Positions 40,122-53,040 of a stretch of 64,000 nucleotides of DNA are shown here, in pieces (the stretch's first letter is position 1; every line of letters starts with the position of its first letter). The stretch is taken from the NCBI RefSeq assembly GCF_036321535.1, contig NC_087436.1:91638001-91702000 (forward strand), given 5' to 3'. The notes below the pieces were generated by a model that was given only the letters and a program-made list of their open reading frames with translations, did not search any database and was not told the origin of the DNA. Source of the stretch: Camelus dromedarius. Lineage: Eukaryota. Made by a program: the position numbers and the translations under genes.

Positions 40122-40852
40122 AAGAATTAATTTCACCCAAAGAGAGATCGAGGCTTTGTTCCAGTTCTGGTAGGTAACTTCTATAAAAGTGTCTTTGTTT
40201 TTCATAGTGGGCCTATCAAAACACATCTGGTAGTTTATCCTAATGGCATGACTCAAGGTGGGACCAATCCCATATGATTATCTTACAGTGAGGACTGACC
40301 ATGCAGAGAGGTCAACCATGTGATTACAAAGTTGGGACATTGGAGGTATGTGATATTGACCTGACATCTGGGGATAGAAGGGGACTGGAGACTGAAGTCA
40401 ACTACATAGACCATGAATCGTGCCTGTGTAACAAAGCCTCAATAAAATCTCTGAACACTGAAGTTTGAGTGGGTTTCCTGGGTTGGCAATTCTCCATTTG
40501 TGTGTTGCCACACATCAGCACCAGGAAGGTAACACACCCCTACAGACACAGAAAATTTGTCTGTAACCCTCCCAGTCCCAGATTCTACCTTAAGAATCTC
40601 TTCCTTTGTCTGGTTTTGATTTGTAGCCTTCGGCTATAATAAAATGAAATCATGAATACAGTGCTTTCCTGAGTTCTGTGAGTTGTTCTAGAGAATTATG
40701 AAAACTGAGGATGGTTGTGGAAACTCCCAGCTTTGTAGTCAGCTAATCAGAAGTGAGGGTGGGGACCCCTGAACGTGTGGCTGATGTCTGAAGTTCTGGG
40801 CAGACTTGGTAGTAGGAAAGGCTATGCCCTTAACCTTGAATTTGGCTAAGTC
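40122..40852 (+). mobile_element. MER21/MER77-family LTR
   Basis: 'caataaaatctctgaacactgaag...gtttcctgggttggcaat', 'gctttcctgagttctgtgagttgttctag', 'tcagaagtgagggtgg'. Confidence 0.8.
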
Positions 40853-41079
40853 TATAGAAATAAACACTTTAATACATGTAAATGCTCTTACAATATAGTA
40901 AGTTCTGCTCAATCATTAGCTATTACTATTATTTTCACAGTCACTTATATTATTATTATTTTCAAATTCATATCCACTTTTGATAAGCAAAGAATAATTT
41001 ACGCTTGAATTTGCTTGTATGTTAAAACACTACTCTTCCCATTTTCTGATGCCTTGGCCTCCTGAGCTTGGGTATTCTT

Positions 41080-43165
41080 TTTTTTTTTTTTAACATTTTT
41101 TATTGATTTATAATCATTTTACAATGTTGTGTCAAATTCCAGTGTTCAGCACAATTTTTCAGTTATTCATGGACATATACACACTCATTGTCACATTTTT
41201 TTCTCTGTGAGTTATCATTTTTGTGTATATTTCCCTGTGCTATACAGTGTAGTCTATTCTACAATTTTGAAATCCGAGTCTATCCCTTCCCACTCTCCAC
41301 CCCCCTGGTAACCACAAGTCTGTATTCTCTGTCTGTGAGTCTATTTCTATCCTTTATTTACGCTTTGTTTTTGTTTGTTAGTTTGTTTTTGTTTTTGTTT
41401 TTTAGATTCCACATATGAGCGATCTCATATGGTATTTTTCTTTCTCTTTCTGGCTTACTTCACTTAGAATGACATTCTCCAGGAGCATCCATGTTGCTGC
41501 AAATGGCATTATGTTGTCGGTTTTTATGGCTGAGTAGTATTCCATTGTATAAATATACCACCTCTTCTTTATCCAGTCACCTGTTGATGGACATTTAGGC
41601 TGTTTCCATGTCTTGGCTATTGTAAATAGTGCTGCTATGAACATTGGGGTGCAGGTGTCATCCTGAAGTAGATTTCCTTCTGGATACAAGCCCAGGAGTG
41701 GGATTCCTGGGTCATATGGTAAGTCTATTCCTAGTCTTTTGAGGAATCTCCACACTGTTTTCCACAGTGGCTGCACCAAACTGCATTCCCACCAGCAGTG
41801 TAGGAGGGTTCCCCTTTCTCCACAGCCTCTCCAGCATTTGTCATTTGTGGATTTTTGAATGACGGCCATTCTGACTGGTGTGAGGTGATACCTCATTGTA
41901 GTTTTGATTTGCATTTCTCTGATAATTAGTGATATTGAGCATTTTTTCATGTGCTTTTTGATCATTTGTATGTCTTCCTTGGAGAATTGCTTGTTTAGGT
42001 CTTCTGCCCATTTTTGGATTGGGTTGTTTATTTTTTTGTTATTGAGTCGTATGAGCTGCTTATATATTCTGGAGATCGAGCCTTTGTCGGTTTCACTTGC
42101 AAAAATTTTCTCCCATTCCGTAGGTTTTCTTCTTGTTTTACTTCTGGTTTCCTTTGCTGTGCAGAAGCTTGTAAGTTTAATTAGGTTCCATTTGTTTATT
42201 CTTGCTTTTATTTCTATTGCTTGCATAGACTGCCCTAGGAGAACACTTTTCAGATATATGTCAGATAATGTTTTGCCTATATTTTCTTCTAGGAGGTTTA
42301 TTGTATCTTGCCCTATGTTTAAGTCTTTGATCCATTTTGAGTTTATTTTTGTATATGGTGTAAGGGAGTGTTCTAGCTTCATTGCTTTACATGGTGCTGT
42401 CCAGTTTTCCCTACACCATGTGCTGAAGAGACTGTCTTTATTCCATTGTATATTCTTGCCTCCTTTGTCGAAGATGAGTTGACCAAAAGTTTGTAGGTTC
42501 ATTTCTGGGCTCTCTATTCTGTTCCATTGGTCTATATGTCTGTTTTTGTACCAATACCATGCTGTCTTGATGACTGTAGCTCTATAGTATTGTCTGAAGT
42601 CTGGGAGAGTTTTTCCTCCAGCCTCTTTCTTTTTCTTCAGTAATGCTTAGGCAATTCTAGGACTTTGATGGTTCCGTATAAATTTTATTATGATTTGTTC
42701 TAGTTCTGTGAAATATGTCCTGGGTAATTGGATAGGGATTGCATTAAATCTGTAGATTGCCTTGGGCAGTGTGACCATTTTAACAATATTGATTCTTCCA
42801 ATCCAAGAGCATGGAATATCTTTCCATTTTTTAAAGTCTTCTTTAATTTCCTTCATCAATGGTTTATAGTTTTCTGTGTATAATTCTTTCACCTCCTTGG
42901 TTAGATTTATTCCCAGATATTTTATTACTTTGGGTGCTATTTTAAAGGGGATTGTTTCTTCACTTTCTTCTTCTGTTGATTTATCGTTAGTGTAAAGAAA
43001 TGCAACTGATTTTTGAACGTTAATTTTGTAACCTGCTACCTTGCTGAATTCTTCAATCAGCTCTAGTAGCTTTTGTGTGGACCTTTTAGGGTTTTCTATA
43101 TATAGTAACATGTCATCAGCATATAATGACACTTTTACCTCTTCTTTTCCAATTTGGATCCCTTT
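41080..43165 (-). mobile_element. Young 5'-truncated L1, about 2.1 kb, with poly(A) and 17-bp TSD
   Basis: Poly(T) at 41078-41091; TSD tgagcttgggtattctt (41063-41079) / tgagcttaggtgttctt (43166-43182) with 2 mismatches. Confidence 0.97.
41402..43165 (-). pseudogene. ORF2: L1 ORF2 C-terminal portion (RT catalytic motif through CCHC knuckle), one in-frame stop
   Basis: ORFs 42647..43132 and 41402..42502 share a frame, separated by one TAA and 48 open codons; motifs [34 protein letters not shown]. Confidence 0.95.
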
Positions 43166-43189
43166 TGAGCTTAGGTGTTCTTGATATGA

Positions 43190-43710
43190 CTATTCTGGTC
43201 TCTACCTACTGCCCGTTATTCCTGCATCCTTTGTTCTCCACACAGCATTCAGAATTACCCTTCAAACATATAGGTCAGATCATAAATCTCTACTGAGCAA
43301 AACATTTTAATAATGTCCCATATAACTCTGTACTGTATTCACACGCTTCACAAAGGCCTGGAAGAGCCTGGGTAACGTGGCTCTCACTCCCTGTCAGTCT
43401 CCATCACATACCATGTCCCCACTTGTACGGTTCACGCTAACAAGCCAAACTTCTTACTCTTCATCAAACACATGTCCCCATTCATGCATCAATCAACACC
43501 TGTATACTTACAATACTTTCTGCTTGGAATGCAATTACCCGAGTACATTTCTATGATCCTCCTCTTTATACCATTTCACTCTCTATTCATATAGCATCTT
43601 TTCAAAAAAAGCTAAGCATGCATTGAATGAATGGATGAAGGGGCAAATGTGTACATGAAGAAGATAAAGAATGAGCAGATGAATGAATAAATGAATGAAT
43701 GAATGCATTC
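43190..43710 (+). mobile_element. L2 3' region with (GAAT)n tail
   Basis: 'ttctccacacagc...gtcagatcat', 'tctgcttggaatgc', (gaat)n at about 43620-43705. Confidence 0.65.
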
Positions 43711-44734
43711 CAGCCCTGGGAATGAAAGTTCGCTTATGCAAATAAAGCTTTTTGGAATGAATACTCTGACATTACTAAATTTGTGTAGATGTATAATGCT
43801 GGCTTTTTTTTTTATCTGAAAGTAAAATTGAGCAAATACTACAGCTTGAGGCAACTGGAAGATGGATTTGTCATTGAAGTGAAAATACAATCAGTGAAGA
43901 AAATTAAAGCACAGAAATAAAACTTCGATTTTGTAAAGGATATGGAGGACTTGAATTGAAATTTGTGGTTAAAATAAGAGCTCTTAGGTCACATTAGACC
44001 TAAGTACAGTATTACAGAATAAATAATTGTGTACACATAATGTTTTCCATGAAATCGTGTTCTAAGTTACCTTAAGGTACATTCTACAATAAATCATATT
44101 TTAAAAGCTTATATAAAATAGAATAAAGCTTTGAATCTTTTAATAATGTTAACTCCTACATATCATATTTGATTTTTGAGGTCCCTTAAGATGATCTAAT
44201 TAGAATTAGTCAACATAATTTCTACTGTATATAAAGAATATTTAAATACTACTCCTCAACGATTGTGAGATTGCTTTCATGCCATCTGCAAATATAGAGA
44301 TTGCTTTAACGTTGTCATAAATGAATAATCAAAGTTAATTAAAAGTTTCATTGGAAAAATGATGAATTTCCAAAATATGTATTGATAACATGCTTATAAG
44401 AGGGACTCATTCCTGCTGTTTTTATTTTTACAATCTTTTGTGTATTTTATTTGCTTAATAAATATAACTAAAGTTAAGGGACTGTATTTATCCATTTTCC
44501 CTATGAAAACTAAGATAGAAGAATGCTACTTATGGACAAAATTTAGTCCTTGTGAATATTTACTGCAACACTGAGGTTTGAAATAATAGAATACTTTTCT
44601 TTTAGGGTGACAAATTAAATTCAGAAAAATAATAATATTTTAATGTTGCATTTTATATTTTTTCCATTTCATATAGCTTCCATTTAATCTCACAGATAAA
44701 AAAATGTTTCTTACAACTGGTATTACCTTAACAC

Positions 44735-45198
44735 TAAATAAAAGAATATTCTACTAGTTGTGACAACATGGATAGAACTTGAGAACATTTTGCTAAGTGA
44801 GATAAATCAGACAGAAAAAGACAAATACTATGTGATATCACTTATATCTTAAATCTAAAAGAGCCAGACTTGTAAAACCAGAGAGTAAGATGGCTGCTAA
44901 CAGTGGGTGGAGGGCAGTGAAATAGGAGATGTTATTTAAAGATACACACTTACAACTAGTAGATAAACAAGTTCTGGAGATCTAATGCACAGTATAGTGA
45001 ATACAGACAATAATATTGTATTATAATCATCAAATCTGCCAAGAGACTGGTTCTTAATTTTTCTCACCACAAAGAAGAAATAATTATGTGATATGATGGA
45101 GGTACTATCACTATAATAGTAATCATACTATAAATCAACATGTTGTACTCCTTAAATTTACACAATACTATATGTTAAATGTACATCAATAAAAAAAA
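44735..45198 (+). mobile_element. L1MA9/10-type 3' end
   Basis: 'acaacatggatagaacttgag...gctaagtga', 'aagttctggagatctaatgcacag', 'aatcaacatgttgtac...aataaaaaaaa'. Confidence 0.88.
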
Positions 45199-45689
45199 TT
45201 TCAATGAAAACTGATCCAACTTTTAAAAAATGTATTTTATGAGCATATTTCAAAAATAACAACTTGTAGACAGCTTTGCCTATGTGCTAGCACCCATGTA
45301 CTTAACTATCTCAGATTTATAAAGTTTATCTATTATAATCTCAATCTATGAGAAGCATGACTATTTTGAGAAATATGAAATTTGTAAATGGGTTCACAGG
45401 TAAACATTTTACTTTAATATCTACAGTATTTAATGTGTATCGGCAGAAATATAGTTTTTATTTGCATAGACTTCACAGAATATTCATTTGAAACAGAAAG
45501 TAGTTATCAATGGTAATGCTGCCTAACTGAAAATAAAGATATCCAATATAATTTCACAAAGTCCTAATAACATGAAATTTATGGGAGTAGCAGTGAAGTT
45601 TCATTTTCCCTCCATCTTTGATCCAACCTTCGCTCCTAAAATTAACCGTTGTTCTGAGTTCCCAGTGATTCTTTCAGATATTTATTCCA

Positions 45690-46070
45690 TCCATCCTTGC
45701 ATTCATTCGTTAACTATTTGTTAAATAAATATGTATTGAGCACTTACTATGTACTATACTAGACGCTAGATGCTTTTCTAGCCACTTGGGATACAGGAGT
45801 GAACAAAACAAAGTATGTCATAAATTTACAACCTAAACCATGAGGCAGATAGTTGAGAAATTAAACCAATAAAAAAGAATGTCAGTGAAAATGTTTTGAA
45901 AAGAAATATAACCAGTAAATGGCATAGAAAGTATTGGAGGCTGGTTTTCTATGAATTCCAGAGTGTTTTGAAGGCCTCTCTGAGGAGGTGATATGTGAGC
46001 AGGTACCTGAATAAAATGAGCACCATGAAATTTAAGGGAGGACTGTCCTGCACAGGGGAACATCCACTTT
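45690..46070 (-). mobile_element. L2 3' end
   Basis: 'cattcattc...tattgagcacttactatgt...ggatacaggagtgaacaaaaca...gaaggcctctctgaggaggtgatat'. Confidence 0.8.
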
Positions 46071-46267
46071 ACATCCTATGAACTAGAGCCGATGCCGTAC
46101 TTTATGGCAGGTACTGTGAGAGCTAACGAAAGCAAACGCGGAAGACCCGGATGCAGCACTCCATAAAATCACCAGGAAGACGCTTCATCACGGCACTTGA
46201 ATATTGCCACAATAACAGATCTGCACGGTGCGTGTGGCAGGCTGACTGGATTAGGGCAGGTATTCTG

Positions 46268-46530
46268 GAGGCAGCAAAATGTGGTGGCTAAAATCAAGGC
46301 TTCTAGGGCTCAAGAGACAGAGTCTGAATTCTGGCTCCACTGCTAATTAGCTAAGGCTCCTCAGGTAAATAATTTAACCTCTTGGTGCTTCTGTTTCCTT
46401 TTCTACAAAATGGGGTTGATACCAACGCTTCACTCATTAGACTGCTCTGGTGGTTAAATAAGTTACTGAACGTGTAATATTTAGGAGTGGATTGGTACAT
46501 AGCAAGTCCTGTGTAACTGTTAACTGCTAC
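46268..46530 (+). mobile_element. MIR SINE
   Basis: 'tgaattctggctccactgctaattagct...aacctcttggtgcttctgtttcctt...aaaatgggg'. Confidence 0.8.
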
Positions 46531-47619
46531 TTCATTGGCGGTAGTGGTGGTATTGTTGTTTGCTTTTATACCCTGCTTGCAAGAGACTACAATTGGAAGA
46601 CTTTTTAGACTAAGGGTTGTTATTTTTTAATCTCTTGCTAAGAAACTTTCTAGGGAAATAATATGCTAATCAGAATCAATGAAAGGTGAATATTGGACAA
46701 TTTATTTAATTAAATTTTCCCCTGTTTAATAAAATTACAATGGCTGAAATCACACAAAAAAAGAAGATAAAACATAAGTGAGTATCTTGTCTATGTCATT
46801 TTATCTTTCTCTTATGTATTTGTTGCAGCAATGTTACTTAGCATTGTTCCGTTATCGGGACTGAATTCAATGGAAAAAATAATATTATTTCTTTGATAAA
46901 ATAATGCTCTAAATATTTTGTTGTGTCAGACAGTGATATAATATATATTAAATGTTGGCAGTGAGTTTCACAAAGACCAGACATTAGCCACTTGGCTTCC
47001 CATAATTCAGCTGTCTCTCTCTTTCATTTCACTTCTTTGTTAGGGTTGCTACGAAGTTGTAGAGTGTGAGAGAAAGACTGTTGTAAATTTTTGTAGACTT
47101 CCATGGGTATAAAACTTGGATAGATTGACACCCTCTTAAAAAGACCTAAAACTATTGCCTGGCATGAAGAATTGACCCCATTAACAGTGTGCTGTAAAGG
47201 GCAGAGATAAGCTGTCATAAACTAGTAGGTTCAGCAGGAGAAGCTGTGTGACTGGAGCCCTGGTAATAGAATGATTTAGAGGTTGGGTCCTATTGGCAAA
47301 GTGCCTGCAGCTCATAACATGAATATCAGCATGACACGAAGTCATAAAACGGGTTTTCACCCAGCTTCACGTCTAAGTACTCCACAGCGCTCTCCTCCAC
47401 CAAACCCCTCTCTTTCACCACCATCAGGTGCCCCAAGCCTCACTGCCTCTTCTCTCTGGTTTCTCCTCTTCCAAGTGTCCTGGGTCCCATTTTCATTCTA
47501 CTTGCTGATATTTTAGTGGATTGGCATTGCAGTACATTTATAATTTTTGAAACTTCTTCAATGACTAAAATATATGTGTTAATAACAAGAGTAAATACAT
47601 AGTACACATGAAAGAAAGT

Positions 47620-47760
47620 TCTTTAAATATATCAATTCATTTAATTCTCAAACAACTCTATAAGAGAGAGAGCACTGAACAGATGAGGAAAGTTAGGCAT
47701 GAAGCGTTTAAGCAACTGATCTAAGTGTGGAGCCAGGATCTGAATTCAGTCTATACTAGA
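47620..47760 (-). mobile_element. MIR fragment
   Basis: 'tcatttaattctcaaacaactctat...acagatgaggaaa...ggagccaggatctgaa'. Confidence 0.7.
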
Positions 47761-48179
47761 AATTGTTCCTTTTAAAATACTATTTTAGTCAGTCTTTTCT
47801 AGAACTTAGTATTAGTTCTGCTTAGATCCTTGGACACTATGAAGGGGTCTTAATGAAATGCTTTGATACTTGAACCTGCATTTTTTAATATATAGCTTTT
47901 TAAATGACTCACATTATGACCCAACCACACATGACATGCACTATATATATATGACAATAAGAAGCTTAAATGCCTCAGGAAGGCTGCCCTTTGTAAATTT
48001 TCCAAAATATAAACCAAGCTAAATCATAGAATTCAGCTGCCTTCCAGAACTCAACACTTGTTTTAATTAGAGAAAAAATTTCATCAAAATTTCCGTGGAA
48101 AATTAGAAGTTCTTTTCAGAATATGCTAGGGAAGCTGAGGGAGCATGCCTCTGCATGACAGATTATGACGCAGTCTCTA

Positions 48180-48405
48180 CGGGGCGCACGGCGGCTCAGC
48201 CTGTGGGCTCTGGAGTAAAGACACCGCCATCCCTAAGGCGGATGCCGTTAAGTACGCGGCCTCACTTGTCTCAGACTCAGTTCCCCGTTCTGTAATTTGG
48301 CAAACATAGTTGTATCCAACTCATAGGGTGTTGTTTACAATAAAATATGATAACACATGTGAATATACGTAGCATGAATTAAGTCCTCAATAACTGCTCG
48401 CTGAC
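48180..48405 (+). mobile_element. MIR SINE with CpG-rich 5' half
   Basis: 'gtgggctctggagtaaagac...ctcagttccccgttctgtaa...actcatagggtgttg'. Confidence 0.65.
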
Positions 48406-48689
48406 ACTACTGTTAGCTTCAGCAGACTGAGACTAGCAGTTGCATAACTCACGGGGAAGGGCTCATTCTATGATACCAGAAATCAGCTCTGCTTGTGTCC
48501 CCATTATCTACATTTGTCAATAAGGGACAGGAATGATTCACTCACACTCAACAACGTAGGATTTTAGCTGATGCCTTAGATTAATGTATTCATCTTCAAA
48601 AAAAAAAGTTTGCAAAACCGTTTTTTCACTTGGTTATAACTACGGACTTTGATGTTACATTCAAGGCACAAGGAATATGTCAGGAAGGT

Positions 48690-49830
48690 AGGACCCCTCT
48701 TAGCATCTTAGGTACTTAGCCACTGCCATGTCCAATGCTTAGAGCACTTGGATTACTTTAATGACTTTGTTCAGGAGGGACCATCAGAAACCTACTGAAT
48801 GAAAACTCAGTCTCCTGCTCAGGCAAAGCATCATGATAAGCTGAGGTGCTAAATGGGGACAGAAGGAACACTGGATGGTTAGTGAAGCTATGGCATCAGT
48901 GTATGGCCTCCCATCTGGCTGCTGAAACAGAAGGGGTAATATTTTCTCAATCCCCTTTCTGGTTTTGCCATTTATATATTTATCTTTATTTATTTGACCC
49001 AATTTTACTTTTTTTTTTTTTGTCCCTATTGTGTTCTACTATTTTATATGTGGCATAGTAATGGTGGGTAATAATTCACAGATTAGAGATAGCAAGATAG
49101 GACAGAGATGGAACTAGAAAAAGCAGAACTGGCTACAGTCAGCGGTTAGACATCAGTATGTGCTGTCTGCGGGAGAGAGTGGGTGTGTTTCCTTCTTAAT
49201 AAAGGGTAGTTGCCTAGTGTTAGTGGGATCGTTGTTGACATTTGGAAGTTTAAGTGAGGTGGAAGAGGATGTTAAGAAGGTAGGTGTGGCTGCCATGGAA
49301 ACATATGGCCCTTTGACAAGTTTGAACACCTTCCCTACTTTTTGATCATTTTTTATACTATATTTCCCATTTTTCTATGGTGGAAATCAGAAAATTTGCT
49401 TTCTCAGCGATCCTGGAAAGGTCAGCACAAACAAGCACCTGAACAGTCTGTGATGTGATGAGAGGAAGTGGACAGATATGTGAGGAATCTCTGTTTTAGT
49501 GAGGGTGACAGCACAGGCAAATAGCTTCATACAGATGGATGTAGACGACATGTCAAGCTCCACCTGTGTGATTACAGCTGCGGCCCCCGAATCCTGTGCA
49601 AGACAGAGTCTGTGCTCGCTATGGTGTGGGTGCTCACCAGCAGCTGCTATGGTGTTCTTGCTAGAACATCCAAATGCATTTGGGGACTCTGAATGCATAA
49701 ATTAAGAGCCTGTCTCTCTGGCCATTCCATAGCTTCTGCAAATCTATCTGATATCCTTTACTACAATCCCATTTTCCTAAGAAGACACAGCTTTATTTTA
49801 CTGTTTGCAATTAAAGATATCTCTTAAAAT
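48690..49830 (+). mobile_element. Ancient ERVL remnant (internal 3' fragment plus LTR16/LTR50-like LTR)
   Basis: LTR-like end 'aatcccattttcctaag...ttactgtttgcaattaaaga'; family assignment uncertain. Confidence 0.4.
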
Positions 49831-51218
49831 TTTGAACCATAAAATCAATTTAAAAGTTTTTTTTTTTTAAAGCACAAGCTATTTCAGCTTTCTAACACCA
49901 CCAGAGCTTTCTAACTCCAGTAGATGAATCAAGTAACAATGACCACTTTTAATAACTGTTACTGTCCTCTTTAAAATCACTTTTTATTCTGGAACAGAAA
50001 AAATATATAGCTATAAGAGATTTTTTTTTTTCAGTTTTATTATCAGAGGTATGACGGGAATTACTCAAAGAAATAGTGTTGTGCCACTCAAAACACAGGA
50101 TACCTTTCAAAAGCAAGAAGAATATGAACTCGTAAAAAATAAATACAGTGATATGGCAAAAGGTCAGTTAGGAAAGAAAGAAGATGTGATGTGGGCAGAT
50201 CAGGCCCTTTCATACTGAAAGGTTTTGAGTGATTGAGCAAATAAAAAAAGCAATGAAACAGCACCCTGTTAGGTCAAACAGAGTACTTGTTATTGATGCT
50301 GCAAAAGTCTTACTTCACCCACATGTATAAATATTTCACAAGGTCCGGACAGTTTACCTTTGATTTAGTTGGGACAAAACTGATTATTTAGGGCAAAAAA
50401 AAATTCAAAATAGAAATCCATTTTTAAAAATCAAAGAGGTTAGCAGGAACAGGAAGAGTGATTGAAAATCTGAGATGGGAGAAAGTTTTCAAAATACCTT
50501 AGAAAAAAGTGGGATTTTTTTTTTTTTTTTACCTGTAAATAACACTTGGGTTAGGTTCAACTTGAACAAACACAGAAAGTCGATTACAAAACCAGTTCTC
50601 AATCACAGATTCACTCATCAAACGTTTATTCAACACTGAGTATTTTCCTGGCATAGCACAAAGCTCTGAGGCTTGAAGACAAATGAGTTTCTTTCTATCT
50701 TTGAATAGCTACAATTAAGAGAGAAGACAAAAAGCTCATCAGTGAATTTAAGAGACACGCTTAGAATGCTGCAGCAGAAGGAAGTGCTGGTGACGTGAGG
50801 CCCCAGGCATGTCTGAATGAGACTAGCTGGGTGATGGCTAGTCTAGGGGAAGAGCTACAAAGGGCTGATGTGGAGGAAAAATTTTCTGTTAAAAAGTTGA
50901 CTGGATTAAGTCTGAAAAGAATTAAGAAGAGAGACAGCATAAAGTGTACTGTAACTTAATTACCACTTGATGCCACCCTATGCTACCATCTTCTCAGAAC
51001 TGCTCGGTATAGAGATGCCACTTGTAATTCAGAGTTGGAAAAATATAAAATACATTTGTTCCAAAAGTCAGCCTTCTATCTATTCATCCATTCCATATAC
51101 GTTTATTAAACCCCCACCACGTGCCGAATGCCTTTCTAGAGTCGGAGATTTAGCAATGAGCAATATAGACAATTATTGTAGTCTCTTGAAACATACATCC
51201 TGATGGGAAAAAGTAATC

Positions 51219-51219
51219 A

Positions 51220-51250
<31 letters not shown>

Positions 51251-51281
51251 TACATAAACGCACACACACATACACACACAC
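51219..51281. repeat. Imperfect (CA)n microsatellite
   Basis: Seen directly. Confidence 0.95.
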
Positions 51282-51414
51282 CAGGCAGTTACTATCTATT
51301 AAGCCACTGCAGTACTAGTGAAAGTCAGGTTCTAGATTTTGTATAAGGCATTCACTTCATCTTTTTATGTTTTCCTACTATGAATTTCCTTTCCCTTTCC
51401 ACTGCCTAGCTCAT

Positions 51415-51690
51415 ACTTTATGGTCTCCAGAATGCCTTGTACTCTTAAAATTTACTGAGGATCCCAAAGAATTGTAGTTTTCTAAAATAAGGATTGTAAC
51501 TACTGATATTTATTATATTAGAAGTGAAAACTGAGAAAACTTTAATACATTTGTCTATTAATTCATCAGAAAATAGTAACATTGAATTATTGTATGTATA
51601 TATATATATATAAAAAATATAAAACGTACTGTTATAAAAATACTTTTAACTTCATTAACCAACTGAACAAGTGCCACCATCTTACAGTGT
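51415..51690. mobile_element. Charlie4/MER80-like hAT fragment
   Basis: 'tactcttaaaatttactgaggatcccaaaga...gatatttattatattagaagtgaaaactgagaaa'. Confidence 0.7.
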
Positions 51691-52776
51691 CAATTTGTTC
51701 CAGAATATGGGAGAGCATAATTAAGATAAAGGATAAAATTTGTAAACGGAATTTTACTTGTCTCTACTCATAATACATAAGTCTGAAAAGAAGCCATGAA
51801 ATGTGTTAAAATTTTCACAAATGTTGATCAGTTTTGAGGGTCTTAATTTCCTTCATTAACTGATTAGCACTTTCATGAAAGGTATCAGTTAGTACCTATG
51901 ATGTGAAAGTTACTCTCTACCTTCCAAGTCTCACACATTTGTGTGGGCATCATAATTTTATAAGTTTACCTTTCAAAAATTATTCTTTAATTTTCTTTTT
52001 TAAAAATAGTCCTCAAAATACTACTATAAAAAAATTTATTGACATGGAAGGATAACTCTTGATATAAATTTAAAAAAGGGGGTTACAAATAGGATACCAC
52101 TTTTAATATTTTTATGTTAAGAAACTACTTTGAGGTTTTACCTATGAAATAAACATATGTGCATTTCTTCAATCTTTTGGTTTATTTGTGATCATTTATA
52201 TGCACACGTAAATTATATACAAGACTATATTTTATATGTGTTTACAAAACAAAGTGCAATTCAAACTTACATTTCTTTCAAGTTTCACATCTTGCTGTGA
52301 TTTTTCTGCTTCTGCTGGATTCTCCATCACACTAATTCCTTGTGAGGCAACTCCCTTCTTTAAGTTCAGATTTAGTCTGACATGGTACAGAAAGTTTCTT
52401 CCTTAATTGCCTCAAAATATCCTCACACAAATCTGTGTATTCGATATTCATGTTTCAGGGTCAATGGGAGGTGACTGCATTGCTGCGAGGCACAGAAATT
52501 AAAACCGAATGTAACGTGTGCCTGTCTATGAAATATTTTGGCCATTTCCCCAAAGGGAATCTCTAACCAGCTATACTTTCTCCACAGTCTGGGCAATTCT
52601 TGCTACACTGTTACGCTGTTTCTTCCCTCCTTTTCCTCTCATCACTGAGCTTCCACATAGCCACTTCCTCGGATAGAGCTCAAAGCCCCTCTTATTGTAC
52701 ATCTTTGCCTTATCCTACCCCATTTTGTTCATCCCATGGGATCTTCTTCCGCAGCCCAGATGGCCATCAGTGAGCG

Positions 52777-53040
52777 ATGCTGATGCTGCTGCTGCTGATG
52801 ACGAAGATGAGGACGATGATGATAACTAATGTGCTATCATTAAACTAACATTTCTTATAAACCAGGCTGAAAGAGATTGTCTCACTCAATTTTGAAATTA
52901 ACTCCAAAGGGTAGAAACTACTAGTTTGTTCATTATGTAGATGAGACCAAAAGATTCATTAATGTGTCTACAGGCACAAAGGCAGTAAGATCAATGAGCT
53001 GGGACTTGCAGGCATGTAGCCTGATTCCAAAGCCCATCAT
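52777..53040 (-). mobile_element. MIR with adjacent (GCT)/(GAT) repeat
   Basis: 'ttatgtagatgaga...gagctgggacttgcaggcatgtagcctgattccaaagccc'. Confidence 0.6.

Noticed and set aside
41904..42482. 192-aa plus-strand ORF
   Set aside because: Antisense shadow of L1 ORF2; not a gene
49289..49302. Second X-box-like motif gctgccatggaaac
   Set aside because: Degenerate left half-site and located in a probable LTR remnant
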